A stretch of DNA of 64,000 nt from an uncultured Candidatus Saccharibacteria bacterium (GCA_964474825.1 CAYYWQ010000001.1:65420-129419); one strand, 5' to 3'. Counted from the first letter of the stretch, positions 25,883 through 34,920 are shown. The notes: generated by a model from the sequence alone, not told the origin. Translations and numbers: made by a program.

Positions 25883-27417
25883 GAAAAATTCTGAATTCTA
25901 AATTCAAAATTCTAAATTCTAAACTGGGCCAGCGCGGGTCCATAATGATTTATAACATCCTGATTATTTTTATTTTCAGCACGGTTATGGTGGGTATTTT
26001 AAGCGTGGCCACAAGCCAGCTAAGGCTTCTTCGCAGCAGTATTAGCCGCGAGTCGTCTTTTAATATTGCCGAGGCGGGGATTAATTATTACATTTGGCAT
26101 TTAGCCCATTTTCAAAGTGATTACGCGGACGGCACTGGCCAGACCGGCTGTAACCCCTGCGGCCCTTATGTCCATAATTACACTGACACGGACAACGCCA
26201 CAGTTATTGGAAAATTTAGTTTAACCATAACGCCGCCTTTGCTCGGTTCCACGGTGGTAACAATTAAATCCACCGGTTATACCTTGGCTGACCCAGGCAA
26301 CAAGCGCACAATTACCGCGCAATATGGGATTCCTAGTTTGGCCCAGTATTCTTTTTTAAGCAATGCCGATGCTTGGATTGGTTCAACAGAAGCAGTGCAC
26401 GGGCAGTTCCGTAATAACGGAGGAGTGCGTTTTGACGGCAGCGGCGACTCCTGGATTTCTTCGGCCAAAAATAATTTGCCCCCCGGGCCGGGCTACCAAT
26501 GCAGCCCGCTTTTTGGCTGTTGTCCCGCGCTGACCAAGCCGGGAATATGGGGAGCGGCCGGAGCTTCTACCCAGGCATTTTGGAAAATGGCCCAGCCTAA
26601 TGTAAACTTTGCGGGAATAACGGGGGATTTAAATACTATTAAAGCTAACGCCCAAGCCAGCGGTATTGATTTGGCACCTTCTAACAGCCAGGGCTACTCT
26701 TTGGTGTTTAAGTCCGACGGCACTTTCGACACTTATAAAGTGACGTCTTTAAAATCCAACCCCACCGGTTACAGTACTAATTGCACGTATAACAGCGCGG
26801 CCTGCGCCGCGGCCTGTAACTCAACATGCACGAATTCCATTCAGTGCGAAGCGCGTAACGACAAGCTGGACTATAACGCGCGGACTTTTCTTAATAACCG
26901 CGCTATTCCTGCCAACGGCATTATTTTTGTGGAAGACAATGCCTGGGTGGAAGGTACGGTTAAAGGACGGGCTTTGGTTGTGGCCGCGCGGTTGGGTTCT
27001 TCGCTTGCCGGTATGCCAAATATTTTTATTCCTAACAATATTCTATATAATGACCTTACCGCTAACAGTAACGACATTTTAGGATTGCTTTCACAGAAAG
27101 ATATTATTATTACTTACCTGGCACCAAGCACTTTAACTATAGACGCGGCTATGATAGCCCAAAACGGTGTGGTTAATTTTTTTGACTATAGCGCGGGTTG
27201 CACTACAACCGCTGCGCAAAAAACCACTTTAAATTTGTTTGGCTCGTTGGCCAGTTATGGCGTTTGGACCTGGACCTGGACCTGTGGTAATGGCGTTTAC
27301 TCCGGATATTTAAACACCAACACAACTTACGACGGCCGGCTGCTTTACTATCCTCCGCCAAGTTTTCCGGTAGACAGCGCAGCGGGATACCAGCAACTTA
27401 ACTGGAAGAGTAACTGA
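25879..27417 (+). CDS. PilX-like (TfpX N-terminal domain) minor pilin / pilus-tip protein
   Basis: 512 aa; MIYNILIIFIFSTVMVGILSVATSQLRLLRSSISRE…AEAGINYY resembles PilX N-terminal; 4-nt overlap with upstream gene. Confidence 0.5.
   Translation: MRKILNSKFKILNSKLGQRGSIMIYNILIIFIFSTVMVGILSVATSQLRLLRSSISRESSFNIAEAGINYYIWHLAHFQSDYADGTGQTGCNPCGPYVHNYTDTDNATVIGKFSLTITPPLLGSTVVTIKSTGYTLADPGNKRTITAQYGIPSLAQYSFLSNADAWIGSTEAVHGQFRNNGGVRFDGSGDSWISSAKNNLPPGPGYQCSPLFGCCPALTKPGIWGAAGASTQAFWKMAQPNVNFAGITGDLNTIKANAQASGIDLAPSNSQGYSLVFKSDGTFDTYKVTSLKSNPTGYSTNCTYNSAACAAACNSTCTNSIQCEARNDKLDYNARTFLNNRAIPANGIIFVEDNAWVEGTVKGRALVVAARLGSSLAGMPNIFIPNNILYNDLTANSNDILGLLSQKDIIITYLAPSTLTIDAAMIAQNGVVNFFDYSAGCTTTAAQKTTLNLFGSLASYGVWTWTWTCGNGVYSGYLNTNTTYDGRLLYYPPPSFPVDSAAGYQQLNWKSN
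25890..25924. repeat. Heptanucleotide tandem array TCTGAAT-TCTAAAT-TCAAAAT-TCTAAAT-TCTAAAC at codons 4-15 of PilX-like gene
   Basis: Read directly. Confidence 0.8.
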
Positions 27418-27456
27418 CAAACTTCTATTTATAACATAGCTGTCATCCCGAGCGAG

Positions 27457-27476
27457 CCTGCCTGCCGGCAGGCAGG
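27457..27476. repeat. Perfect 20-bp palindrome CCTGCCTGCCGGCAGGCAGG flanked by direct repeats CATCCcGAGcGAG / CATCCGAGAGAG
   Basis: Read directly; in 105-nt spacer after PilX-like gene. Confidence 0.8.
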
Positions 27477-27522
27477 TGCATCCGAGAGAGGGATCCCTTA
27501 AATCTTTTTAGTAAAGTTAATT

Positions 27523-27909
27523 ATGAAAAATATTTTTATCAAAATAAGTTTGATTGTGGCTATGGCACTATTTCCTTTGTCTGCTTTGGCAATGATATAC
27601 GTGCCGGCAGGTATGGTGCCCAACACGCCGCCGCTGCAGCCACACTCGCCTTTGGTGACGCCCAATATCTCCCAAAATGTCACTACAGCCACTTCATCTG
27701 AGTCCACAGGGGAGTCTTTGCAGCCAACGCCAATCATTATAGAAGATGTTATGGCGGGTAGTGAGGAACAGGCCAGGAGCCCTCAAGAGGATGATGACGA
27801 AGAAAATTCCAAAAGTTTTTGGAGCGGCGTTTGGCTGTGGACCCTGCTTCTTTTGGCCGGAGCCAGCTTTGGTTACTGGATGATAGTAAAACGAAATGGA
27901 CGCGACTAG
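27523..27909 (+). CDS. Small secreted protein with C-terminal TM anchor
   Basis: 128 aa; signal peptide MKNIFIKISLIVAMALFPLSALA; Pro/Thr/Ser-rich middle; acidic stretch then TM. Confidence 0.4.
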   Translation: MKNIFIKISLIVAMALFPLSALAMIYVPAGMVPNTPPLQPHSPLVTPNISQNVTTATSSESTGESLQPTPIIIEDVMAGSEEQARSPQEDDDEENSKSFWSGVWLWTLLLLAGASFGYWMIVKRNGRD

Positions 27910-29092
27910 CCTTACCAAACAAAATACTTGTCTTTATTGCGGCAACAACCCAACGCCGCATTTTTTTACTTGGTATTTTGAGAGCTTGGACATTTTGTTT
28001 AGGCCGCTGAGGCGGCTAATTTCATTTAACCCGGTTTCTTTGCTTATTAAAACCTGGCTAAAGAATAATAATTTTGGTTGGTACGTGGCTAAATTTTTAT
28101 TAGGTGCTGGCTTCATTCAAAAACAGCCCGACATTTTAAAATGCAAAGTCAGACGCGCGCAGGTTTTATGGGAAGAAGCGCAAAAGCGCGGCATTGAATT
28201 TTACGGACTGAAACTTTTGGGGAAAAATTTAGATATGTATATGGCCCGGGGAAGGGCAAATAAATTATTTATAGACGGACTGCCCAGGCCAAAAAGCTAC
28301 AACGGCAGCATGCTGGAAGACTTGGACGACAAAATGGTGCTTAAACAAAAACTTGGGGACGCGGGACTGCCTGTGCCAAAAGGCGGGAGTGTGTTTAGTT
28401 ATTCATCTGCCGCAAAGATTTTTAAGAGAATCAATAAGCCTGTTATAGTTAAACCGCGCAGCGGCAGCAGGGGAAGACACACCACAACCTATATATATAG
28501 TGAAGCCGAGTTAAAACAGGCTTTTAAAGTGGCAAAACAACTTTGCAGCTGGGTGGTTGTGGAAGAGCAATTATTTGGTCCCGTCTACCGCGCCACTATA
28601 ATAAACGAACATTTGGCAGGGGTTTTGCGGGGAGATTCGCCTGCTGTTACTGGTGATGGTGTTGCTAGAATTATGGATTTGATAAATAAAAAAAATCATT
28701 TAACTCACGCAGGTGTTAAAGATATAGTGCCGGACAGCGGAATGGAATTATTTTTACAAAGACAAAACCTAACATTAGCATCAGTCCTCCCAAAAGGACA
28801 AACCATTAGTCTAACGGAAAAAATTGGCGTAAATTATGGAGGCAGTTCTTCAGAAGATTTTGAAATTTGCCACCAAGACAATAAAGAATTGTTTTTGCAG
28901 GCCGCCAAAGTTTTAGGAGACCCAATAGTTGGTTTTGATTTTATTATTGCCGACATTACCAAGTCCTGGAAAGAACAACGCTGCGGGTTTATAGAAGCCA
29001 ATTCTTTACCGTTCATTAACCTACATCACGACCCACTCCTTGGCACCCCGCGTAACGTCGCGGCATTGGTTTGGGATATGATGCAGATGTAG
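27896..29092 (+). CDS. ATP-grasp family ligase (RimK/cyanophycin-synthetase-like)
   Basis: 398 aa; DKMVLKQKLGDAGLPVP…PVIVKPRSGSRGRHTT…FIEANSLP ATP-grasp signature; N-terminal hydrophobic extension; 14-nt overlap with upstream ORF (start may be downstream). Confidence 0.6.
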   Translation: MDATSLTKQNTCLYCGNNPTPHFFTWYFESLDILFRPLRRLISFNPVSLLIKTWLKNNNFGWYVAKFLLGAGFIQKQPDILKCKVRRAQVLWEEAQKRGIEFYGLKLLGKNLDMYMARGRANKLFIDGLPRPKSYNGSMLEDLDDKMVLKQKLGDAGLPVPKGGSVFSYSSAAKIFKRINKPVIVKPRSGSRGRHTTTYIYSEAELKQAFKVAKQLCSWVVVEEQLFGPVYRATIINEHLAGVLRGDSPAVTGDGVARIMDLINKKNHLTHAGVKDIVPDSGMELFLQRQNLTLASVLPKGQTISLTEKIGVNYGGSSSEDFEICHQDNKELFLQAAKVLGDPIVGFDFIIADITKSWKEQRCGFIEANSLPFINLHHDPLLGTPRNVAALVWDMMQM

Positions 29093-29110
29093 GGGATAGA
29101 TTTAAGATGT

Positions 29111-29326
29111 ATGAATAACGCTCCAGATAACAAAGCTTGGTTTAAAAAAATTACAGAAACAAATTCCCCCTACAAGAAAGCGGCCGGGATTGTTTTAATC
29201 ATAATTGGCTTTTTGGCGTTAATTACTCCTTTTACACCAGGTTCATGGCTTATGTTTGTTGGCCTGGAATTACTCGGTGTGCGTCTGGCACTCTGGGACA
29301 AAATAAAGTCTAAGTTTATAAAATAA
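29111..29326 (+). CDS. Small two-TM membrane protein
   Basis: 71 aa hydrophobic ORF. Confidence 0.3.
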   Translation: MNNAPDNKAWFKKITETNSPYKKAAGIVLIIIGFLALITPFTPGSWLMFVGLELLGVRLALWDKIKSKFIK

Positions 29327-29391
29327 GCATAGCAGTCCCATTGGTCTAATAACCATAGGACCTATTTTTTGAGTTATCCACTTTACATTTA

Positions 29392-31449
29392 GTGAACGAT
29401 TGTTTACTATATATATTATATTACTTTATGCAGGGCACCCAGAAACCAAAATTTAACATGGAAGAACTTAGGAAAAAGTATCCTAAAGCGGGTAAGAAGT
29501 GGGAAAAAGAAGAAGACGAAAAACTTAAAAGTCTTTATGAGCAGCGGCGCACTGCCGGTTTTGGAAATCTTGAAGAGTTTGTTTTTGAAATTACCAAAGA
29601 ATTTCAGCGCGCCTCCGGAGGCCTAAAAGCAAGAATGGCTATGCATTTTGGGGACGTACCAGGCTGGGATTACGAAGGCGCCAAACAGCGGGACGAATGG
29701 AGAAAGCAGCAGCAAACAGTGGATATAGAAAAACAGGCCAGTCCGGAAATAGATTTAATTTTGCTGGAAGAGTATAAGAAGTATAGTGTTTCTAAAAAGG
29801 AAACTTTTAGGAAGTTTACTTTAAGACTGGCTCAGGTAGTTGATCGTCCTCGGGGTTTTATAAGATCAAGAATATATCATTTGGTGAAAGACGTAGTGGA
29901 GTATCAAAAGGAAGATGTAAATCCGTATGGCGACGCCCGTAAGCAAAAAGTGGATCCGGAAATGCCAAAATTTACTTTTACGGAAAATTCCGAAGCCCGG
30001 GAAGCTTTGCGAATAATGAACGAATCTTCTGAAAATTTATTTTTAACAGGGGAGGCTGGAACTGGGAAATCCACGCTGCTGAAATATTTTAGGCACAATA
30101 CAACAAAGAACATTGTGGTGCTTGCGCCAACTGGTGTGGCGGCCATAAACGTTTCTGGCCAGACTATTCATTCTTTTTGCGGTTTTGGGCCGGACATAAC
30201 TTTAAATAAAGTTAAAAAATTAGGGCCGGGTACAGGAAAACTTCAGCTTCTGCAAAAGTTAAACACCGTAATTATAGACGAAATTTCCATGGTTCGGGCG
30301 GATTTGCTTGACTGCGTGGACAAATTTTTGCGAATAAATGGGCCAGCTCCTAGTGAGCCTTTTGGCGGCCTGCAGATGGTTTTTATTGGTGATCTTTACC
30401 AGCTTCCTCCAGTGGACAAAGACTTTATAGCAGGGGACGGTTTAATTAAGGAATATGAATCCCCGTATTTTTTTGACTCCCATGCTTTTAAGCGTTCAAA
30501 GTTTAATCATGTCCAATTAAAACAAATGTATAGGCAGCAGGACAGGGTATTTATAGACGTCTTAAATGCAGTTAGAAATAATGTTGCTTCGCATGATCAT
30601 CTGACAACAATAAATACCAGAGTAATGAAACCGGGAGAAAAGCATGCCCTGCACCGGAGCGAAGAGGCTGGTACAGGGTTCGCCATTTATTTAACCCCTC
30701 ATAACTCTCAGGCCCAAAAAGTAAATAATTATTTTTTGGAAAAGTTAGCCACACCTCTTAAGACCTATGAAGGCGTTTTGCGGGGCAGTTTTGAAAATCG
30801 CCAGCCTCCTACGGACCAAAGTTTACAAATAAAAGTTGGCGCCCAAGTTATGATGCTTAACAACGATCAGCGCAAACGCTGGGTCAACGGCACTATGGGG
30901 AAAGTGGTTAGAATAGAAAAATGTGATAGTTGGCACAGCGAGGATGACAAAGTGCAGTTCTCTCCTCCTTTTAAGGAAGAGTACCCCGCGCAGCGGGGGG
31001 TGGTGGTTGGAGTAGAGGAGGATTCTTTTGGCGACGATGAAAATAATTCTACATCTTCCGATGTGATTGTAGTGGAGCTCGAAACCGGCGAAACGGTTTA
31101 TGTGGAACCTCACACCTGGGAAATGTTCCAGTTTATTTTGGACAAAGGCAGTCAAAAAGTAGACAGTCGAACAACCGGAACTTTTACCCAGTATCCATTT
31201 AAATTAGCCTGGGCCGTAACCATTCACAAAGCTCAAGGAAAAACTTTTGACAAAGTTTACATAGACCTAAGCACCGGCACCTTTGCTCACGGCCAACTCT
31301 ACGTAGCCCTCTCCCGCTGCCGTACCCTTGAAGGCCTTTTCCTAAAACGTCCCATTACCCAACAAGACATTATTTTAGACAACCGCATTGTAGAATTCCT
31401 ACACAGCTTTAATCCAACTGAGGAATATTATTCTACTGTGGAAGAATAA
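29392..31449 (+). CDS. PIF1/RecD-like 5'-3' DNA helicase with ~200-aa N-terminal extension
   Basis: 685 aa; Walker A LTGEAGTGKSTLLKYF, TIHS, Walker B IIDEISMV, GDLYQLPPV, C-terminal TIHKAQGKTF…ALSRCRTLEGL. Confidence 0.75.
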   Translation: MNDCLLYILYYFMQGTQKPKFNMEELRKKYPKAGKKWEKEEDEKLKSLYEQRRTAGFGNLEEFVFEITKEFQRASGGLKARMAMHFGDVPGWDYEGAKQRDEWRKQQQTVDIEKQASPEIDLILLEEYKKYSVSKKETFRKFTLRLAQVVDRPRGFIRSRIYHLVKDVVEYQKEDVNPYGDARKQKVDPEMPKFTFTENSEAREALRIMNESSENLFLTGEAGTGKSTLLKYFRHNTTKNIVVLAPTGVAAINVSGQTIHSFCGFGPDITLNKVKKLGPGTGKLQLLQKLNTVIIDEISMVRADLLDCVDKFLRINGPAPSEPFGGLQMVFIGDLYQLPPVDKDFIAGDGLIKEYESPYFFDSHAFKRSKFNHVQLKQMYRQQDRVFIDVLNAVRNNVASHDHLTTINTRVMKPGEKHALHRSEEAGTGFAIYLTPHNSQAQKVNNYFLEKLATPLKTYEGVLRGSFENRQPPTDQSLQIKVGAQVMMLNNDQRKRWVNGTMGKVVRIEKCDSWHSEDDKVQFSPPFKEEYPAQRGVVVGVEEDSFGDDENNSTSSDVIVVELETGETVYVEPHTWEMFQFILDKGSQKVDSRTTGTFTQYPFKLAWAVTIHKAQGKTFDKVYIDLSTGTFAHGQLYVALSRCRTLEGLFLKRPITQQDIILDNRIVEFLHSFNPTEEYYSTVEE

Positions 31450-31486
31450 TAAAATTGATTTAATATTCCCTAATTTAAAAAAAGTT

Positions 31487-31494
31487 TGTATAAT
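31487..31494 (+). promoter_or_regulatory. Extended -10 element TGTATAAT upstream of major pilin gene
   Basis: tTGTATAAT 58 nt before ATG 31553. Confidence 0.4.
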
Positions 31495-31510
31495 GAAATT
31501 GTTAAGAAAC

Positions 31511-31538
31511 CCGAGAGGTTCACCCCTTTCGGTTTTTT
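31511..31538 (+). terminator. Hairpin CCGAGAGG-6nt-CCTTTCGG + T6 (terminator of helicase gene and/or 5'-leader structure of pilin mRNA)
   Basis: 8-bp stem with one G·U pair, T6 tail; located between the -10 box and pilin ATG. Confidence 0.45.
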
Positions 31539-31552
31539 AATTTGGCATTTTA

Positions 31553-32023
31553 ATGAAACAAAAAGGATTTACTTTAATTGAACTGCTTGTAGTAATTTCC
31601 ATAATAGGGTTACTTTCTTCAGTTTTATTTGTTTCCTTGAATAATGCCAGAGTAAAGGCCAGGGATGCAAAAAGGAAGTCCGAAATCAAGCAGATTGTTA
31701 CCGGATTGGTAATGTATTACAATGCCCATAATTCCTACCCGGCTAATACCTATAATGGTGCCTGTGGTACGGCCTTAAACGGCACTGACCTTATTTCTCA
31801 GGGGTTAATTAATGACGGAATAATAAAAAAAATACCATTGCCGCCTTCCAATTCAGGTCAATGCGGGGATTATTATTATTCCGGCACTTGGAATAATGCC
31901 CAAAGTTTGGCCATTATGACTAAACTGGAAAATGCTGATGTCGGGTGCAAGCCTTTTACCGGAGACCCAGACTGGTATATTTCCGGCTCCTACTGTAATG
32001 GTATTTATATTGTCACACAATAA
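31553..32023 (+). CDS. Type IV major pilin (PilA-like)
   Basis: 156 aa; MKQKGFTLIELLVVISIIGLLSSV prepilin motif; C-terminal Cys pair. Confidence 0.8.
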   Translation: MKQKGFTLIELLVVISIIGLLSSVLFVSLNNARVKARDAKRKSEIKQIVTGLVMYYNAHNSYPANTYNGACGTALNGTDLISQGLINDGIIKKIPLPPSNSGQCGDYYYSGTWNNAQSLAIMTKLENADVGCKPFTGDPDWYISGSYCNGIYIVTQ

Positions 32024-32123
32024 ATTTAAAAAATAATTAAAAAAGCCGTTCTACAAGTTCTATTCTTTGTTGTTTTTTAGGTTAAGTTAGAGTAAAATAA
32101 GCCTAAAGGGCTTATTTTAATTT

Positions 32124-32408
32124 ATGTCTAAAGACCACGAACAATATACAAAGGAGTTTTTAAAAGGCCAGGAAATTCCTACAACCTCAGCAAGCGGATA
32201 TTTGCGGGGTAATTCTGCTTTGGCAAAATATAACCCCAAAGGCCTCGCCAGATTTGCCAAAGCATTTTACCTAGCCCCACTTTTATTTATTGCCCTAGGC
32301 ATGATTTTTAAATCCAGAAATTTTGGCGAAGCGTTAATATTTTTAGGTGTCTTTTTACTTTTAGCTTTTGTGATATATAAATTACTTAAAAAGGTAACGC
32401 AAAAGTAA
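32124..32408 (+). CDS. Small membrane protein, hypothetical
   Basis: 94 aa; C-terminal two TM helices. Confidence 0.4.
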   Translation: MSKDHEQYTKEFLKGQEIPTTSASGYLRGNSALAKYNPKGLARFAKAFYLAPLLFIALGMIFKSRNFGEALIFLGVFLLLAFVIYKLLKKVTQK

Positions 32409-32422
32409 ATTCAATCTATAAT

Positions 32423-32716
32423 ATGAACAAATACGAGCGGGTACCGGAACATATTATAGATTTGCATGGGTTTACCACGAAAGAGGCTGGGGAAATTTTG
32501 GACGAGCTTATAGAAAAAGGGGGGTATAGTCATGTTAGGGTTATTACGGGTAAAGGAACTTTTCGGGAGACTGGTCCGGTTATGAGGAGGTATGTGGAAA
32601 ATTATTTGGAGAATAGGGATATAACTTTCCAAGTAGCTAAACTTCAAAATGGTGGAGAGGGTGCGTTTGAGGTTTACCCCGCACCACTTCCCGGCAATAA
32701 ACGGAAGATAAAATAA
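32423..32716 (+). CDS. Smr-domain protein
   Basis: 97 aa; IDLHGFTTKEA…VRVITGKG Smr signature. Confidence 0.65.
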   Translation: MNKYERVPEHIIDLHGFTTKEAGEILDELIEKGGYSHVRVITGKGTFRETGPVMRRYVENYLENRDITFQVAKLQNGGEGAFEVYPAPLPGNKRKIK

Positions 32717-32762
32717 CTAAAGGCTATTTAAAATATTTTGTATTGTGTAAAATATAAAAAAA

Positions 32763-33116
32763 GTGGTTCTGGGGTTTTTAAAAATAATAGTTATGTCTAC
32801 AAAGCAGTCTACAATAGATTATTTGCTAGATCAGCTATCTGAAGTGGGAGATGTGCGTGCGCGAAAGATGTTTGGTGAGTACGCGCTTTATTGCGAAAAT
32901 AAAGTTGTAGCACTGGTTTGTGACGACGAGCTGTTTGTAAAAATTACCGAGCCAGGCAAGAAGTTTGCAGGCAAACATTATGAAGAAGGCTTTGCGTACA
33001 AGGGCGCTAAAGCTTCCATGCATATTTCCGGTGACTTGCTGGAAGACCGGAAATTTATTTGCAGTTTAATTACAATAACGGCGAAGGCTTTACCTGTTCC
33101 TAAGCCAAAAAAATAA
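32763..33116 (+). CDS. TfoX/Sxy N-terminal domain protein (competence-associated family)
   Basis: 117 aa (true start may be ATG at 32793); VRARKMFGEYALYCENKVVALVCDDELFVK matches TfoX_N. Confidence 0.6.
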   Translation: MVLGFLKIIVMSTKQSTIDYLLDQLSEVGDVRARKMFGEYALYCENKVVALVCDDELFVKITEPGKKFAGKHYEEGFAYKGAKASMHISGDLLEDRKFICSLITITAKALPVPKPKK

Positions 33117-33119
33117 TTT

Positions 33120-34379
33120 ATGCAATCACCGGTTAGTAAATCTAAAATTTGGGATGTCGTAGTCATTGGCGGGGGAGCGGCGGGGATGATGGCGGCGGGA
33201 AGAGCGGCGGAACGGGGCCGCTCTGTTTTGTTGCTGGAAAAAAATCTTACACTTGGAAAAAAACTGCTTATTACCGGCGGCGGACGCTGTAATGTTACTA
33301 ACAATAAACCCAATGTTAGAACAATGCTTTCTAAATATAGAGGCAATAATAAATTTCTTTTTTCTTGCTTTTCACAGTTTGCGGTAGAAGAAGCCATGGA
33401 ATTTTTTCATAGCAGGGGTATGGAAACTAAAGAAGAAGCTGAGGAAAGAGTTTTTCCGATTTCTAACAAAGCACGCTCGGTTTGGGAGGTACTTGTGAGT
33501 TACTTAAAACAAACTGGTGTTGAAGTGCGGACTGGTGCTGGCGTGGCTGGAATATCAACCGATAACGAAACTAATCATTTGCGCATAAAGTTAAAAGACA
33601 AGTCGGAAATTATTTGCAGTTCTTGTATTGTTGCAACGGGCGGGCTTTCACATCCGGAAACCGGCTCAACCGGCGAAGGGTTTACTTGGCTAAAAAAGTT
33701 GGGACATACAATTGTGGAAAATAACTTTGCATTGGTCCCGCTTTCTTTAAAAAATGACTGGACAAAAAAATTGGGAGGCGTGGCACTTAAAGATATTAAA
33801 CTTACCACATATCAAGGTGGCAAAAAACAGGATAGCCAAAAAGGGAAATTTTTATTTACGCATTTTGGCATAAGCGGGCCCACGGTTTTAAACATGAGCA
33901 AGGGAGTGGGAGATCTTTTGCAATACGGCGAAGTTACAATTATGTTAGACCTGTTTCCGCATTTAGACGTAGTTGCCTTAAAACAAAAGCTCCAGAAACT
34001 TTTGGTTATGGAAAGCAATAAAAAATTAAAAAATGTACTTAATCGCCTCATGCCGGCAGCATTGGTTTTGCCTTTGCTGGAACTTTCCGGGATAGACGGA
34101 GAAACCACAAACCATAGTGTTATTCGTGAAGACCGTGTAAAGTTAGTAGAACTTTTAAAAGCTGTACCACTAGAAGTAAAAGGTTTATTGGGTTCAGACA
34201 AAGCAGTAATATCTTCGGGTGGGGCAGAGCCAGAGCAAATAAATTTTAAAACCATGCAGTCGCGCCTGGTGCCGGGGTTATATATAGTTGGTGATGCCTT
34301 AAACATAGACCGCCCGTCCGGCGGCTACAGCCTACAGCTTTGCTGGACAACAGGTTATGTTGCCGGGAGTAACGCATAA
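33120..34379 (+). CDS. HI0933-family NAD(FAD)-dependent flavoprotein
   Basis: 419 aa; WDVVVIGGGAAGMMAAGRAAERG…ITGGGRCNVTN. Confidence 0.8.
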   Translation: MQSPVSKSKIWDVVVIGGGAAGMMAAGRAAERGRSVLLLEKNLTLGKKLLITGGGRCNVTNNKPNVRTMLSKYRGNNKFLFSCFSQFAVEEAMEFFHSRGMETKEEAEERVFPISNKARSVWEVLVSYLKQTGVEVRTGAGVAGISTDNETNHLRIKLKDKSEIICSSCIVATGGLSHPETGSTGEGFTWLKKLGHTIVENNFALVPLSLKNDWTKKLGGVALKDIKLTTYQGGKKQDSQKGKFLFTHFGISGPTVLNMSKGVGDLLQYGEVTIMLDLFPHLDVVALKQKLQKLLVMESNKKLKNVLNRLMPAALVLPLLELSGIDGETTNHSVIREDRVKLVELLKAVPLEVKGLLGSDKAVISSGGAEPEQINFKTMQSRLVPGLYIVGDALNIDRPSGGYSLQLCWTTGYVAGSNA

Positions 34380-34451
34380 AATCGCTAAAACAGCGGTTTT
34401 TTGCTAGAATGATAATGCAGCGGGTCCAACAAACTAAATCTTTTTAAAGTT

Positions 34452-34832
34452 ATGGAAGGAATGTTTAATTTTGTAATTATTGTTTTTGTAATAGTCTCGG
34501 TTATTTTTCGTATAAAAAAAGCTCAGGAGAAATTGCAAAAGACAGGCGTACGTAGTGATGATCCTGTTGGTAAAAATTTTCAAAATGCATTACTGCAGGG
34601 TTTTTTAGGTCAGCCCCCAGAGCAAGTAGCCAAGTTTGCCGGCGGCAGTAAAGACATAGACAAGCTAGTAACGGTTTATGGGCCCGGCGCAATTTTAGGA
34701 ATAAACGAAGTTTCAGTGTTTCTGAAAATTAGTGAACAAGACGCACAGGAAATTTTAGACCAACTGCTAAGTTCAGGCAAAGCCATAACCACCACCAGCG
34801 CCAGCGGCAAAATCCGCTACAAGCTCATTTAA
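34452..34832 (+). CDS. Hypothetical membrane-anchored protein
   Basis: 126 aa; N-terminal TM. Confidence 0.4.
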   Translation: MEGMFNFVIIVFVIVSVIFRIKKAQEKLQKTGVRSDDPVGKNFQNALLQGFLGQPPEQVAKFAGGSKDIDKLVTVYGPGAILGINEVSVFLKISEQDAQEILDQLLSSGKAITTTSASGKIRYKLI

Positions 34833-34845
34833 AATTATCTCCCGA

Positions 34846-34920
34846 GTCCTTTTGCGTTAGCGCACTAGCTGAAAGTCCGCCGAAGCCTTGGCGAAGGTGG
34901 ATGCAGTAAAGCAAAAGGAC
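34846..34920 (+). other. Candidate small structured RNA / leader (10-bp closing stem GTCCTTTTGC…GCAAAAGGAC around a 55-nt GC-rich insert)
   Basis: Seen in 110-nt GC-enriched spacer before YwbE-like gene; no ORF. Confidence 0.25.

Noticed and set aside
8464-25924. Heptamer arrays as CRISPR or minisatellite loci
   Set aside because: Only 4-5 units, no spacers, located inside coding sequence; no cas genes in window.
34871-34887. GAAAGUCCG resemblance to RNase P P4 in spacer 34833-34942 and at 13245
   Set aside because: Only a 9-11-nt match; spacer is far too short for RNase P RNA and the partner P4 strand is absent.
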